A stretch of 64,000 nucleotides of DNA from Eledone cirrhosa (GCA_964016885.1 OZ024747.1:4774001-4838000), one strand, 5' to 3'. Numbered from the stretch's first letter, positions 38,658 through 54,440 are shown. Notes: generated from the letters alone by a model not told the origin. A program made the numbers and translations.

Positions 38658-38744
38658 TCTTTCTATCTTCAATATCACTGCTACCACCGCTATGACTACC
38701 AGCCAGCTACTTATCATTGCAAAACCATCACTGTTATCATGACT

Positions 38745-38808
<64 letters not shown>

Positions 38809-39335
38809 CCATCATCATTAGCACCACCATCATTATCAGTATTACAATCATCTCTATCACTGTCGACCCCATCTCCTCACCTACAGCACAACTAACATCA
38901 CCATCAACACCAACACCACCCACAACAACAGCCCCCATACCACCAGCATCACCACTACCACCACCATTACGACCAACAATACTACCGCCACCACCACTAC
39001 AACCATCACCATCACACAGGTATTAGTGGCACTACTGTCACTCCAACCACCACCACTACCACTACCACCACCACCACAACCACCACCACCACCACCACCA
39101 CTGCCACCACCAACACTGCCACCAACAACACCACCACCACCACCACCACCACTGCCACCACCAACACCACCACTACCAACACCATCACCACCACCACCAC
39201 CACCACTGCCACCACCAACACCACCACCGCCACCACCACCACCACCACTAACACCACCACCACCACCACCACCACTGCCACCACCAACACCACCACCGCC
39301 ACCACCACCACCACCACCACCACCACCACCACCAG
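38745..39335. repeat. (CAT)n and (CAC)n repeats
   Basis: Direct. Confidence 0.85.
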
Positions 39336-39637
39336 ACCTACAAACTGAATCAGTACCATTAATACCATCACCTCTCTACCACAACCCCTCTTTCTCTATC
39401 TCTTTATCTTTATTCTATCTTTATCTCCTCCTTTCTCTTTTATCTCATCTCCCCCGTCCCACCTCTCAACCCCCTCCCTCCCTCCCGTCCCCCAGCCCCC
39501 TCCCATATCTCACCCTCTCCCATTCTCTCTTTAAACACCCCACCACCACCCACACTCTACCTTATCCACACCCATCTTTTGTCTTTTACACTAAACACTC
39601 TAGCGACATACCAAACTGCACTGTTAAACTTTCTTCA

Positions 39638-40850
39638 ATGGAGTGGTGAGCTGGAGTGGTGGTGTGGTGTGGTGGTGTGGTGAGATGGAGTGTGTGGTGG
39701 AGTGGTGTGGTGTGGTGGTGAGCTGGAGTGTGTGGTGGAGTGGTGTGGTGTGGTGGTGAGCTGGAGTGTGTGGTGGAGTGGTGTGGTGTGGTGGTGAGCT
39801 GGAGTGTGTGGTGGAGTGGTGTGGTGAGCTGGAGTGTGTGGTGTGGTGGGGTGGTGAGCTGGAGTGTGTGGTGGAGTGGTGTGGTGGTGAGTTGGAGTGT
39901 GTGGTGGGGTGGTGTGGTGTTAGTGGTGAGCTGGAGTGTGTGGTGGGGTGGTGTGGTGTGGTGAGCTGGAGTGTGTGGTGGGGTGGTGTGGTGAGCTGGA
40001 GTGTGTGGTGGGGTGGTGTGGTGAGCTGGAGTGTGTGGTGGAGTGGTGTGGTGTTAGTGGTGAGCTGGAGTATAATGGGGTGGAGTGGTGAGCTGGAGTG
40101 TGTGGTGGGGTGGTGTGGTGAGCTGGAGTGTGTAGTGGGGTGGAGTGGTGAGGTGGAGTGTGTGGTGGGGTGGTGTGGTGTGGTGGTGTGATGGGGTTGT
40201 GTGGTGTGGTGGTGTGATGGGGTGGTGGGGTGGAGTGGTGAGGTGGAGTGTGTGGTGGGGTGGTGTGGTGTGGTGGTGTGGTGTCAGTGGTGAGATGGAG
40301 TGTGTGGTGTGGTGGTGTGATGGAGTGTGTGGTGTGGTGGTGTGATGGGGTGGTGTGGTGTGGTGGTGTGATGGGGTTGTGTGGTGTGGTGGTGTGATAG
40401 GGTGGTGTGGTGTCAGTGGTGTGATGGGGTGGTGTGGTGTGGTGGTGTGATGGGGTTGTGTGGTGTGGTGGTGTGATGGGGTGGTGGGGTGGAGTGGTGA
40501 GGTGGAGTGTGTGGTGGGGTGGTGTGGGGTGGTGGTGTGGTGTCAGTGGTGAGATGGAGTGTGTGGTGTGGTGGTGTGATGGAGTGTGTGGTGTGGTGGT
40601 GTGATGGGGTGGTGTGGTGTGGTGGTGTGATGGGGTTGTGTGGTGTGGTGGTGTGATAGGGTGGTGTGGTGTCAGTGGTGTGATGGGGTGGTGTGGTGTC
40701 AGTGATGAGATGGAGTGTATGGTGTGGTGGTGTGATGGGGTGGTGTGGTGGTGTGATGGGGTGGTGTGGTGTGGTGGTGTGATGGGGTGGTGTGGTGGTG
40801 TGATGGGGTGGTGTGGTGTGGTGGTGTGATGGGGTGGTGTGGTGTCAGTG
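39638..40850. repeat. G/T-rich minisatellite (GTGAGCTGGAGTGTGTGGTG.. then GTGTGATGGGGTGGTGTG.. units)
   Basis: Direct. Confidence 0.88.
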
Positions 40851-40997
40851 GCTGGGGTTACCTGGACGACCACACCCGACATTACCCTAATACACGTTAG
40901 ACATTTTCAAAATAAATAGGACCAAACAAATAATTAAATAAATGAAAAACGATTATGCCAGATCCAAAAACCACCGCCCATCTACAGCACACGTATA

Positions 40998-41030
40998 CAG
41001 CTGCTGCTGCTGCTACTGCTGCTGCTGCTA

Positions 41031-41062
<32 letters not shown>

Positions 41063-41098
41063 GCTGCTGCTGCTACTGCTACTACGACGATGACGTCC

Positions 41099-41173
<75 letters not shown>

Positions 41174-41190
41174 GCCACTATTACTACTGA
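40998..41190. repeat. (CTG)n/(CTA)n repeat
   Basis: Direct. Confidence 0.9.
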
Positions 41191-41326
41191 TAATGATTTC
41201 ATTTATTGGCCACAAGGACCGACATATAGGGGACAATACAATAGACGGGGACTGTGGGGGTTTTACACAAAAATAGACCACTACTACTGATAATAATAAT
41301 AATTTCATTATTATCCACACAGGGCT

Positions 41327-42329
41327 CACATTAAGAGAGTGTGTGTGAGAGAGACAGTGGGAGAGGAGAAATGTCACATTAAGAGAGTGTGTGTGAGAGA
41401 GACAGTGGGAGAGGATAAATGTCACATTAAGAGAGTGTGTGTGAGAGAGACAGTGGGAGAGGATAAATGTCACATTAAGAGAGTGTGTGTGAGAGAGACA
41501 GTGGGAGAGGAGAAATGTCACATTAAGAGAGTGTGTGTGAGAGAGACAGTGGGAGAGGAGAAATATCACATTAAGAGAGTGTGTGAGAGAGACAATGGGA
41601 GAGGATAAATGTCACATTAAGAGAGTGTGTGTGAGAGAGACAGTGGGAGAAGAGAAATGTCACATTAAGAGAGTGTGTGTGAGAGAGACAGTGGGAGAGG
41701 AGAAATGTCACATTAAGAGAGTGTGTGAGAGAGACAGTGGGAGAGGAGAAATGTCACATTAAGAGAGTGTGTGTGAGAGAGACAGTGGGAGAGGAGAAAT
41801 GTCACATTAAGAGAGTGTGTGTGAGAGAGACAGTGGGAGAGGAGAAATGTCACATTAAGAGAGTGTGTGTGAGAGAGACAGTGGGAGAGGAGAAATGTCA
41901 CATTAAGAGAGTGTGTGTGAGAGAGACAGTGGGAGAGGAGAAATGTCACATTAAGAGAGTGTGTGTGAGAGAGACAGTGGGAGAAGAGAAATGTCACATT
42001 AAGAGAGTGTGTGTGAGAGAGACAGTGGGAGAGGGGAAATGTCACATTAAGAGAGTGTGTGTGAGAGAGACAGTGGGAGAAGAGAAATGTCACATTAAGA
42101 GAGTGTGTGTGAGAGAGACAGTGGGAGAAGAGAAATGTCACATTAAGAGAGTGTGTGTGAGAGAGACAGTGGGAGAGGAGAAATGTCACATTAAGAGAGT
42201 GTGTGTGAGAGAGACAGTGGGAGAAGAGAAATGTCACATTAAGAGAGTGTGTGTGAGAGAGACAGTGGGAGAGGAGAAATGTCACATTAAGAGAGTGTGT
42301 GTGAGAGAGACAGTGGGAGAGGAGAAATG
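41327..42329. repeat. 48-bp minisatellite, ~21 near-identical copies
   Basis: Unit CACATTAAGAGAGTGTGTGTGAGAGAGACAGTGGGAGAGGAGAAATGT. Confidence 0.96.
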
Positions 42330-42428
42330 AGGTGCAACAGAAATGAAACATGGATTACAGGTTAAAATATAGTCTAGATAGAAGTGAAACAAAACAAGGA
42401 TGTAGTTTATGGAACACCCAAATTATTT

Positions 42429-42893
42429 AGAAGTCGACCTTAATTAGGAGCAATAACGTTAAGAAAGACATGAACGACACCACATCACTTTCCTTTGAAA
42501 ATTCTGAAAGTAGGTTTATAGGTATGAATTTTCATAACATTTTTCGTAGTTGTCTCTTTGGCCTAGTGGTAGGTACTAGAGACGGTGGAGGTCCTCGTCT
42601 TGGGTTCAATCCTGGTCAAAGGGTACATGTACGCTTTTTTCAGTTTTTATTTTACATCCCATAGAAAAAAAAAATGAAAAGGTTTACTGGGAACCCTACT
42701 TACTCCCGACCGGGATCGAACTTCAGACCAGGTTCACCACCGTCTATGATTCCTCCAGCTAGGCCACCGAGACAGCTACAAAACTGTAATGAAAATTGAT
42801 AATTATAAACCTACTTTCAAGATCAAAGTTAAAAAGATGTGGTGGCATTCAAGGCTTTCCTAGAGCTATTAGTCATATTTAGGGTCGACTTCT
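42429..42893. mobile_element. Diverged long inverted repeat (MITE-like) with a tRNA-like unit in each arm
   Basis: Arms share AGAAGTCGACC, CACCACATC, TGAAAGTAGGTTTATA, AATTTTCAT, GTCTC..TGGCCTAG, AGACGGTGG and GTTCRATCC..GGTC. Weaker similarity extends to ~42360 and ~43020. Confidence 0.7.
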
Positions 42894-43043
42894 GGTCATT
42901 ATTGAAAGTCTCTGGATTTCGCAAAATACATAAAATCTATTATTGGAGAAGGTAAGAGATTTTCCCGCAATAATTTGATTGCACTGTTTTGGTTCCACTT
43001 ATGTATAAATGTTATTTATTCATTATAAAAATTAAATGATAGC

Positions 43044-43122
43044 ATTCTATATGTAGGTGGGCCCTCTTCATTCTATATGTAGGTGGGCCCCCTTCATTCT
43101 GTATGTAGGTGGGCCCCCTTCA
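43044..43122. repeat. Three copies of a 26-bp unit (ATTCTATATGTAGGTGGGCCCYCTTC)
   Basis: Direct tandem. Confidence 0.85.
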
Positions 43123-43811
43123 TCTGGCAACCAATAGTTTTAGACCCAGTCCGCCACTGACTCTAACCACACGCCCATAGTATCGGAGCTGTGATCTCTC
43201 AATTCAGAGATTCTTTCCCGAGACACTCTAACCACATGTCCATAGTATCATCATCATCATCACCATTATCATAATTGCCATCACCACCACCACAACCACC
43301 ACCACAAACACTACAACCGCTGGCACCACTACCACGACCACCACCACCAACACAAACACTACAACCACTGCCCCAACACCACCACCACCACCACCACCAC
43401 CACCATCCCAGTAATATGTCCACCATATTACTATGAACACCAGTCCAACATTACCCATAAACCTCCCCTCCACTCCACAACACCTCCCCTCAACTCCACA
43501 ACAGACTCCATTTTACTTTTAATCCGATTAAACATCTTTGGTAGTTCTCGGATAATCCTTTAGAAACAGAAAAATGAAACTGGAAGATTTCACACAACAC
43601 ACACATATAAGTATGTATATATACATATATATATATATACATATACATATATATATATATATATATTATATGTATATATATATTCGTATACATATATATA
43701 CATATACATACATATATACACACATACATATATATGTTATATGTATATATATGTGTGTGGAGTAGAATGAATAGAAAAAAAATGTTAACATCAAATTATT
43801 TGATTACCCTT

Positions 43812-44165
43812 TTCTTCTTCTTCTTCTTCTTCTTCTTCTTCTTCTTCTTCTTCTTCTTCTTCTTCTTCTTCTTCTTCTTCTTCTTCTTCTTCTTCTTCTT
43901 CTTCTTCTTCTTCTTCATCACCATCATCATCACCATCATCACCACTATCATCACCACCACCATCACCATCATCACCATCACCATCATCACCACCATCACC
44001 ACCATCACCATCATCACCACCATCACCACCATCACCACCATCACCACCACCATCACCACCATCATCACCATCACCACCACCATCACCACCATCATCACCA
44101 TCACCACCATCACCACCATCACCATCACCATCACCATCACCATCACCATCACCATCATCATCAAC
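43812..44165. repeat. (TTC)n then (CAT/CAC)n
   Basis: Direct. Confidence 0.92.
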
Positions 44166-44944
44166 AACAACAATGAGTGTAATGTCTTTAATAGAGAAAT
44201 AAAGAGAGAGGAGAAAAAGTGATCGGAATCTTAAAGAAGACAGAGTGAAATGGAGTGAGGGGGGGGCAAGCGGTGGGGGGGAGGAGACAGAGTGAAATGG
44301 AGTGAGGGGGGTGCATGCGGTGGGGGAAGGGGGGGGGGGGGACAGAGATAGATGGATAGGTGTCACATAGATAGAGAGGGAGAGAGAGGTGGGGTGAGCA
44401 AATGCTGGTGAAGTGTGTATGTATGTATGTATATATGTATATATGTATGTATGCATGTATGTATGCATGCGTATGTATATACGTATGTATGTATATACAT
44501 ATATATGTATTTATGTGTCTGGTTACGTACTTATCTATATATATATGTGTGTGAGTGTGAGTGAGTGAGTGTATGTGTGTGAGAGTGTGTGTGTATGTGT
44601 GTATATATATATTTCTGTGTGTGGTGATGTACATATCTATCTATATATAAATAAATATATGTGTGTGAGTGTGAGTGAGTGTGTGTGTGTGAGAGTGAGT
44701 GAGTGTATGTGTGTGAGAGTGAGTGAGTGTATGTGTGTATATATATATTTCTGTGTGTGTATGTAGGGAGAAAGGGGGCGGTGACAAGTGGTGAGGAATC
44801 TAATCGATACGGTTTTCCCATTTGAAATTTATCGTTCATTCTTAAGAAGTAAATATGTATTGAACAGCAGAAGAGACTGAAGCAATGGGGAGAGGGGAGA
44901 GGATAGTAGCTAATTTAAATGTTGGTCGAGGTGCTGAATAGTGA

Positions 44945-46512
44945 CAGACAGACACAGACACGTGTATACAGACACACACACACACATATATAGAGAGGCA
45001 GGTACACACACAGACACACAGATATATAGAGACAGGTACACACACAGACACACAGACACACACAGATATATAGAGACAGGCACACACAGACACACAGACA
45101 CATATATAGAGACAGGTACACACACAGACACACACAGATATATAGAGACGGGCACACACACAGACACACACAGATATATAGAGACAGGCACACACAGACA
45201 CACACAGATACATAGAGACAGGTGCACACACAGACACACACAGATATAGAGACAGGCACACACAGACACACACAGATATATAGAGACGGGCACACACCGA
45301 CACACACAGACACACACAGATATATAGAGACAGGCACACACACAGACACACACAGATATATAGAGACAGGCACACACACAGACACACACAGATATATAGA
45401 GACAGGCACACACACAGACACACACAGATATATAGAGACAGGCACACACAGACACACACAGATATATAGAGACAGTCACACACACAGACACACACAGATA
45501 TATAGAGACAGGCACACACAGACACACACATATATAGAGAGACAGGCACATACACAGACACACAGATATATAGAGACAGGCACACACAGAGACACACACA
45601 GATATATAGAGACAGGCACACGCACACAGACACACACAGATATATAGAGACAGGCACACACAGACACACACAGATATATAGAGACAGGCACACACAGACA
45701 CACACAGACACACACAGATATATAGAGACAGGCACACACAGACACACACAGATATATAGAGACAGGCACACACAGAGACACACACAGATATATAGAGACA
45801 GGCACACACACACAGACACACACAGATATATAGAGACAGGCACACACAGACACACACAGATATATAGAGACAGGCACACACAGACACACACAGACACACA
45901 CAGATATATAGAGACAGGCACACACAGACACACACAGATATATAGAGACAGGTACACACACAGACACGCACAGATATATAGAGACAGGCACACACAGACA
46001 CACACAGACACACACAGACACACACAGACACACACAGATATATGGAGACAGTCACACACACAGACACACACAGATATATAGAGACAGGCACACACACAGA
46101 CACATACAGATATATAGAGACAGGCACATACAGACACACACAGATATATAGAGACAGTCACACACACAGACACACACAGATATATAGAGACAGGCACACA
46201 CACAGACACACACAGATATATAGAGACAGGCACACACAGACACACACAGATATATAGAGACAGGCACACACACAGACACACATAGATATATAGAGACAGG
46301 CACATACAGACACAAACAGATATATAGAGACAGGCACACATACACAGACACACACATATATATAGAGAAAGGAACACACACAGATATATAGAGACAGTCA
46401 CACACACAGACACACAGATACATAGAGACAGGTACACACACAGACACACACAGATATATAGAGACGGGCATACACCGACACACACATATATAGAGAGACA
46501 GGTACACACACA
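44945..46512. repeat. CA-rich minisatellite (~34-44 bp; CACACAGATATATAGAGACAGGCA core)
   Basis: Direct. Confidence 0.93.
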
Positions 46513-47277
46513 GGCTCACACGTGCTTACAGAGACACATACACAGATATATAGAGGCAGGCATACACACACACAGGCTCACACGTACTCACATAGGCACA
46601 CACAGGCACATATACACACTGACAGAGATGCATACATACACACAGAGGCACACACTGACAGACACTCAGGCACATATTCACTCACAAATGTACAAACACA
46701 CTCACAAAGGCACACACGTAGAGACATTCAAACACACACACACATATACACACACACATTCATATGTTCAAATATTTAGCCCTAGGTTACCCGAGATCCA
46801 GGAGCCCTATGATCAAATTCTCCTCCAGCTGTGAGCAACCTGTGTTTTTAATGCTATATAGAAGTGACAACATTACCTGCTGTGTTCTCACCTTACACAG
46901 GTGTGATTTGAGGGAGACTTGGACCCTATTTCTAGCAGGTCGTGTGACCACGTAGAAGTTCCTTAATTTTTGTTGCTGGTTATGCTGTTGTTGTTTTGTT
47001 ATTTAGCCCCAGGTCAGCAATTAGTCAAGTAGGTTAATGATAAACGGCATTCCAGCCACGACCATCCAGAATTTTATTCATTGTACATAAATTGTCTTAT
47101 ATTTTTATACAAGCTTCAGGGATATTTGACTGTTATTTCTAGCATATCAGTTGACCACTTGGTTCAAAGTTGCGGATGGTGCTTGTAATACTGATGTTGA
47201 TGATGTTGATGATGTTGATGATGATGATGATGTTGATGATGATATTATTGTTGATGTTGGTGGTGGTTTGATGTTGT

Positions 47278-48177
47278 TACTACCACCTCTACTACTACTA
47301 CTACTACCGCAACCACCACCACCACCACCACCACCACCACCACTATCACTACCACTACTACTACCACCACCACTACTACCACTACCACCACCAGCACTAC
47401 CACCACCACTACTACCACCACCACTACTACCACAACCACTACCACCACCACCACCACCACTACTACCATCACTAACACTACTACTACCACCACCACCACC
47501 ACTACTATTATCACCACCACCACCGCTACTACTACCACTTCTACCACCACTACTACTACCACCACTACTACTACCACTACCACCACTACTACTACCACTA
47601 CCACCACCACCACCACCACTATTACCACCACCACCGCTACCAACACCACCACCACCACCACTACTACTTTCACTACCTCTACTACTACCACTACCACCAC
47701 TACTACTACGACCTCTACTACTACCACTACCACCACCACCACTACCACCACCACAACTAGCACCACCACTACTACCACCACCACTACTACCACCACCACT
47801 ACTACCACCACCACTACTACCACTACTACCACCGCTACCACCACCACCACCACTACTATTACCACCACTACTACCACTACTACCACCACCACCACCATCA
47901 CCACTACTACCACCACTACTACCACCACCACTACTATTACCACCACTACTACCACTACTACCACCGCTACCACCACCACCACCACCACCACCACTACTAT
48001 TGCCACCACCATCACCACTACTACTACCACTACTACCACCACCACCACCACCACTACTATTGCCACCACCATCACCACTACTACTACCACTACTACCACC
48101 ACCACCACCACCACCACCACCACCACCACTACTACCACCACCACCACTACCACTACTACCACTACTACTACTACTAC
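47278..48177. repeat. CTA/CAC compound trinucleotide repeat
   Basis: Direct. Confidence 0.92.
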
Positions 48178-48279
48178 GGTGTGTGGGTTTCTGGAAAAAT
48201 ATTTTACAAAAGGAATTTGTCATTGTTACAAAAATTTTCAGTAACAAACAAAATTCTCCTAAGGATGTAAAATACGTCT

Positions 48280-48622
48280 GTGTTAGTGTTAGTGTATGTG
48301 TTAGTGTATGTGTTAGTGTATGTGTTAGTGTATGTGTTAGTGTATGTGTTAGTGTATGTGTTAGTGTATGTGTTAGTGTATGTGTTAGTGTATGTGTTAG
48401 TGTATGTGTTAGTGTATGTGTTAGTGTATGTGTTAGTGTATGTGTTAGTGTATGTGTTAGTGTATGTGTTAGTGTATGTGTTAGTGTATGTGTTAGTGTA
48501 TGTGTTAGTGTATGTGTTAGTGTATGTGTTAGTGTATGTGTTAGTGTATGTGTTCGTGGATGTGTCTGTGTTAGTGTCTGTGTTAGTGTATGTGTATGTG
48601 TTAGTGTATGTGTATGTGTTAG
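48280..48622. repeat. 12-bp satellite (GTTAGTGTATGT)
   Basis: About 22 perfect units, then decay. Confidence 0.95.
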
Positions 48623-48965
48623 TGCGTGTGTGTATGTATGTCTTTGTGTGTCATTGTATGTGTGTGTCAGCGTGTGTGTGTTATTGAATGTTTGTGTGTG
48701 TCAGTGTGAGTGTGTATATATGCAGGCTGGGGTGTATGTGAACGTGTGTACATGTGTGTGTGTGTGTTGGCGATGTAGAGAAATAAGTTGAACTGAAAAA
48801 ACAACAACAAAAAATATTAAAGAATTAAAATTATTGTTATGTACAATAAATGAATAAAATTGGAAAAAATATTTCGTGATTTCTGTTTTTTCCTTTTTAG
48901 AAAAATTTACATTTTAAAATAAGAATAAACGGGAGAAGAGGGAGCATTATAGGCAGACGTATACT

Positions 48966-49021
<56 letters not shown>

Positions 49022-49220
49022 TCACACATACATATGTATATATATATATATATACACACAACAATAACAACAGTAGACAAAACTAACACACTATAGATTT
49101 TTTCTATATATCCATTTACATATATATGACAAATAATGTATACATATATATATATATATATGTGTATATATATATAAATATATATATAACACATATATAT
49201 ATACATATATATACACATAC

Positions 49221-49279
<59 letters not shown>

Positions 49280-49419
49280 TAGATTCATAAAAAGTTAGAT
49301 TGCTTGTCTTTCCTCCATTTTTTACGTATTCTTTCATATTTATATATTTACAGTTTAAATATTCATTTGAGGAATGGGTGGGGGCGTGGGGAGGGGGGGG
49401 AGTTGAAAGAGGGAAAACT

Positions 49420-49453
<34 letters not shown>

Positions 49454-49939
49454 CCATCATCAACATCATCATCGTCGTCATCATCATCTCCACCACCATC
49501 TTTTTATTATTATCATTATTGTTGTTGTTTTTGTTGTAATAGTTGTTATGTCTTTCTTGTTATTGTTGTTATTATTCAGTAATATTGTTTTTATATTGTT
49601 ATTCTTATGTTTTTAATATTTTATCTAGAGATACTATTTTTCGTTTTTTTTTGTCAGATATAATTTTTTTATTTTACCTGTTTATCATTTATTTATTTAT
49701 TTGTTTTATTAACTTCTTTATTTGTTTTAGTTATACTTTTATATGTTTAATTATTTCTTTACTAAAACAAATGTCAACCTTTTGATCACGTTGACGACGA
49801 CGACAATGATGATGATGGTGATGATGATGATGATGGTGGTAGAAAGAGTGAGGATGTAATGATAGTGATAGTGGATATGATAACGGTGATGATGATCATC
49901 ATCATGATGGTGGTAGTAGTGGTGGTGGTGGTGGTGTCG

Positions 49940-50053
49940 GAGCAACTTGAAATAAAGTGTCTTGCTCAAGAACACAACGCTAAGCCCGGCCCGAGAATCG
50001 AACTCACAACCTCACCATTGTAAGCCCAACGCTCTAACCACTAAGCTATGCAG
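49940..50053 (-). mobile_element. tRNA-derived SINE (second family)
   Basis: The reverse complement has A box TAGCTTAGTGGTTAGAG, B box GAGTTCGATTC, then GTGTTCTTGAGCAAGACACTTTATTTCA. Homologous to 56225-56368. Confidence 0.8.
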
Positions 50054-50451
50054 CCCGGTAATTTCTTGGTAAATATATCAACAAAGGGTTTTTATGATGT
50101 TTGTTTGTCAAATGAAAGTTCAGATATTTCATCAAGAGAGTTTATTTTTATCGATAGAGATTAGACAGGTGAGATAGATCAATATTCCTGATATTTTACC
50201 AGGTAATCCGTGGTTGGAAGACAGAATGTTATCTTTATATTTGATACATTGTAACAGATAAACTCAAGATCGTATGGTGATAGCAAATTAAGTGATAAAT
50301 TAATTATATCTGCCTAGAAAACAGGGAATAGCTTCAAAATATTTCCCTCCTAGCAAGTTACACTCACAATATTTCCATCAACCCGAAGCTATGATATCGA
50401 TACTCTATTGTGGGCTTGAATACCAAACCATGTAATTGTGAAACGTCTTAA

Positions 50452-50625
50452 CCACATAGTTATGTCTACACTATCTCCCATATAGTTATGTCTACACCCT
50501 CCCACATAGTTATGTCTATACCCTCCCACATAGTTATGTCTACACCATCCCATATAATTATGTCTATACCCTCCCACATAGTTATGTCTACACCCTCCCA
50601 TATAATTATGTCTACACCATCCCAC
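50452..50625. repeat. 24-bp minisatellite, ~7 copies (CATAGTTATGTCTACACCCTCCCA)
   Basis: Direct. Confidence 0.9.
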
Positions 50626-50882
50626 TGGTGAAATCAAGTATTCATAAACGATTATCTAAACTGTGTTCCTTGATTAAGTTTATCGGCAAAATATTTATAC
50701 ATTTCAACCATTGCTAGACTTACCTATAAGGTAAATAAGATATAGCTCAGGAACACACACCCTCGGGATATATATATATATATATTTTTAGATATATAAT
50801 TATTTTATTCTTTAACACGAAATCATCAAAAATTATATATTATTTATTATTTACCAATTTATCATAAACATTAATATAAGAA

Positions 50883-51073
50883 ATAATTGTTTCTACTTTT
50901 GGCACAAGGCCAGCAATTACCCAGTACATTACTGGTACTTTATTTTATCGACCCTGTAAGGATGAAACGCAAAGTTAACCTCGGTGGGATTTGAACTCAG
51001 TCCATAAAGGGGCGTAACTGTGCTGTAAAACATGGCGACCGACCCTCTACCGAATCTGCCAATCAACCACCCT
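50883..51073 (-). mobile_element. tRNA-derived SINE, full-length copy
   Basis: Same family as 34325-34514, in reverse orientation. Confidence 0.86.
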
Positions 51074-51627
51074 TATAATCATGTATAATTATTTTAAATT
51101 ATTTTACCTAAATTGTTTTAGAGAAGGGCCTAAAAACCATATAGTTTAGAGCCTCAGTTGGTGAAAGTCCGGCTCTCACATGAACCTGATATCAGGTTTC
51201 GCAGAACTATTAAATCCGTTGGAGTTGTCTTTTATTTTTTTCATGCTTTATCCAGTTTCATGCAATACTCTTAATAAATTATTTTTCATGAACTCCGAGA
51301 ATGGTGACAGAATCTGAGGAAGCTATCCCAAGCCAGAGACCTGCTGTGTTTATTTGTAACAGGGTAGCCTTCGTGAGAAAAATTTGCTGAAGACATCCGT
51401 GTCTAGCCTGTATTGTTAATCATGAAAATTAATTAGGTCTGCCACTATTTAAAATCTGACTGATGACGTTTGTGGCTGTACCTTCTATTAAGTCAGTGCA
51501 TTTGAAGAAACATGATGTATCCAGGTAAAATATATCCATTTCTTTGCAGATAAAGTTCCTTTAAAGAGTACCACAGACTTCAGTATATGATTCTTTTTTC
51601 ACACAGATCTTTGTTCATGCACTGTGT

Positions 51628-51750
51628 CATATGAGGGTGGGCTGAAAAGTTCATAGACTGACTATGAAAGAGTGATGTTAGAGCTGTGAAATCTTGAATG
51701 CATTAATTTCAAGTATTCTTATTAATAACTGCATTATTTCTTTCCAGGGA
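51628..51750 (+). mobile_element. Possible mariner-like terminal remnant
   Basis: TATGAGGGTGGGCTGAAAAGTTC resembles the mariner TIR start (TACGAGGG...AAAAGT). No partner TIR seen. Confidence 0.3.
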
Positions 51751-51781
51751 TTGTATTAATAAATATACCTCACTTAGTCAT

Positions 51782-52345
<564 letters not shown>

Positions 52346-52351
52346 TTTTGC

Positions 52352-52490
<139 letters not shown>

Positions 52491-52814
52491 GAGATCTTTA
52501 ATATATCTCATACAAAATAATACAGTCAATTATCCACACAATACAATATAGTTAGCACCCCAAACGTTTAATTGGGAATATACTCCGGTATTTCCTAATG
52601 TTTGTTGAGTGAGTTGGAAATTGGTCGGAGTATCGCTATTAGCTTTCTTCATTTATGTAATTATGTATATATATATAGTTATGTAACAACATAAGATAAT
52701 TAGTTCATTTACCAGTGGTTTCTTAAATATGTGTGTGCGTATGTATATGTATATATATATATATATACTTACCAAGTAAGAGTTTTATAATATACTTAAA
52801 CTTAAATAATACAT

Positions 52815-52897
<83 letters not shown>

Positions 52898-52961
52898 ATT
52901 AACAAATCAATCAGTGTGACATAAAATTTGATTGCGCTATGTCATCAGCTACTGTTAACAC

Positions 52962-52967
<6 letters not shown>

Positions 52968-53009
<42 letters not shown>

Positions 53010-53098
53010 CTGTGTGTGAGAGTGTGGGTCTATGTGTGTGTGTCTGTCTGTATGTGAGTGTGTATGTGTGTGTTGTGTGTGTGCATGTGTGTGTGAGA

Positions 53099-53137
<39 letters not shown>

Positions 53138-53215
53138 AGTGTGGGTGTATGTGTGTCTGTCTGTCTGTATGTGAGTGTGTATGTGTGTGTTGTGTGTGTG
53201 CATATGTGTGTGAGA

Positions 53216-53253
<38 letters not shown>

Positions 53254-53414
53254 ATGTGTGTATGTATGTGTTGTATTTCTCCTTTCCATGGGAACCACAA
53301 ACAGACTGTCATTGGCTGTAGCAGATGTCTTACACACACACTCTCACATATAGACATACATATATATAGACACACACACACATGCATATACACGCATACA
53401 CACACACATACATG

Positions 53415-53464
<50 letters not shown>

Positions 53465-53810
53465 TACACACACACACACACACACATATATATGCATATA
53501 CACATACATACACACGCACACACATTCACATATAGACATACATGCATATACACATAAACACACACACATATATGCATATATATATATACACATACACACA
53601 CACTCACATATATGCATATACACACATACACAAATACTCACATACAAACATACACAGATATACACACATACAGACACTCACATATAGACATACATGCATA
53701 CACACACAAACACACACAGACAATCATACACACACACACTCACATATAGACATACATGCATACAGACACACACACTCATACACACATACACACACACATA
53801 CACACACATT
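52968..53810. repeat. TG then CA low-complexity repeats (includes a ~116-bp duplication)
   Basis: Direct. Confidence 0.85.
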
Positions 53811-53874
53811 TGCTGATAGGACTGCAGACAGTTATTTCATTCTCATTTTTGTATCACACACCTCACATTAACCT

Positions 53875-54129
53875 ATCATTCACCCTCTCTACCTCTCTCT
53901 CTCACCCTCTCTGCCTATCTCTCTCTCACCCTCTCTATCTCTCTCTCACCCTCTCTATCTCTATCTCACCCTCTCTATCTCTCTCTCACCCTCACTATCT
54001 CTCTCTCATTCTCCCTGTCTCTACCTATATCTCTCACCCTCTCTACCTCTATCTCTCTCTCACCCTCTCTATCTCTCTCTCACCCTCACTATCTCTCTCT
54101 CACTCTCTCTGTCTCTACCTCTATCTCTC

Positions 54130-54179
<50 letters not shown>

Positions 54180-54276
54180 TTCTCTATATCTCTCTCACCC
54201 TCTCAATCTCTATCTCACCCTCTCTCTATCTCTCCCTGTCTGTGTCTCCGTGTCTCTCATATTTCTCCCTGCTTCC

Positions 54277-54307
<31 letters not shown>

Positions 54308-54394
54308 CCTATATATATTTCTCTCACCCAGTCTCTATCTCTATCACACTCTCTCCCTGTCTCTATCTCTATCACACTCTCTCCCTCTCTCTAT

Positions 54395-54440
<46 letters not shown>

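Noticed and set aside
41327-42329. CRISPR-like or coding 48-bp array
   Set aside because: No unique spacers; a plain minisatellite.
42552-42773. Functional tRNA genes
   Set aside because: A and B boxes are present but the anticodon and acceptor stems do not fold cleanly; treated as tRNA-derived.
43140-43159. CAGTGGCGGACTGGG DNA-transposon-like terminus (minus)
   Set aside because: No matching second terminus or TSD found.
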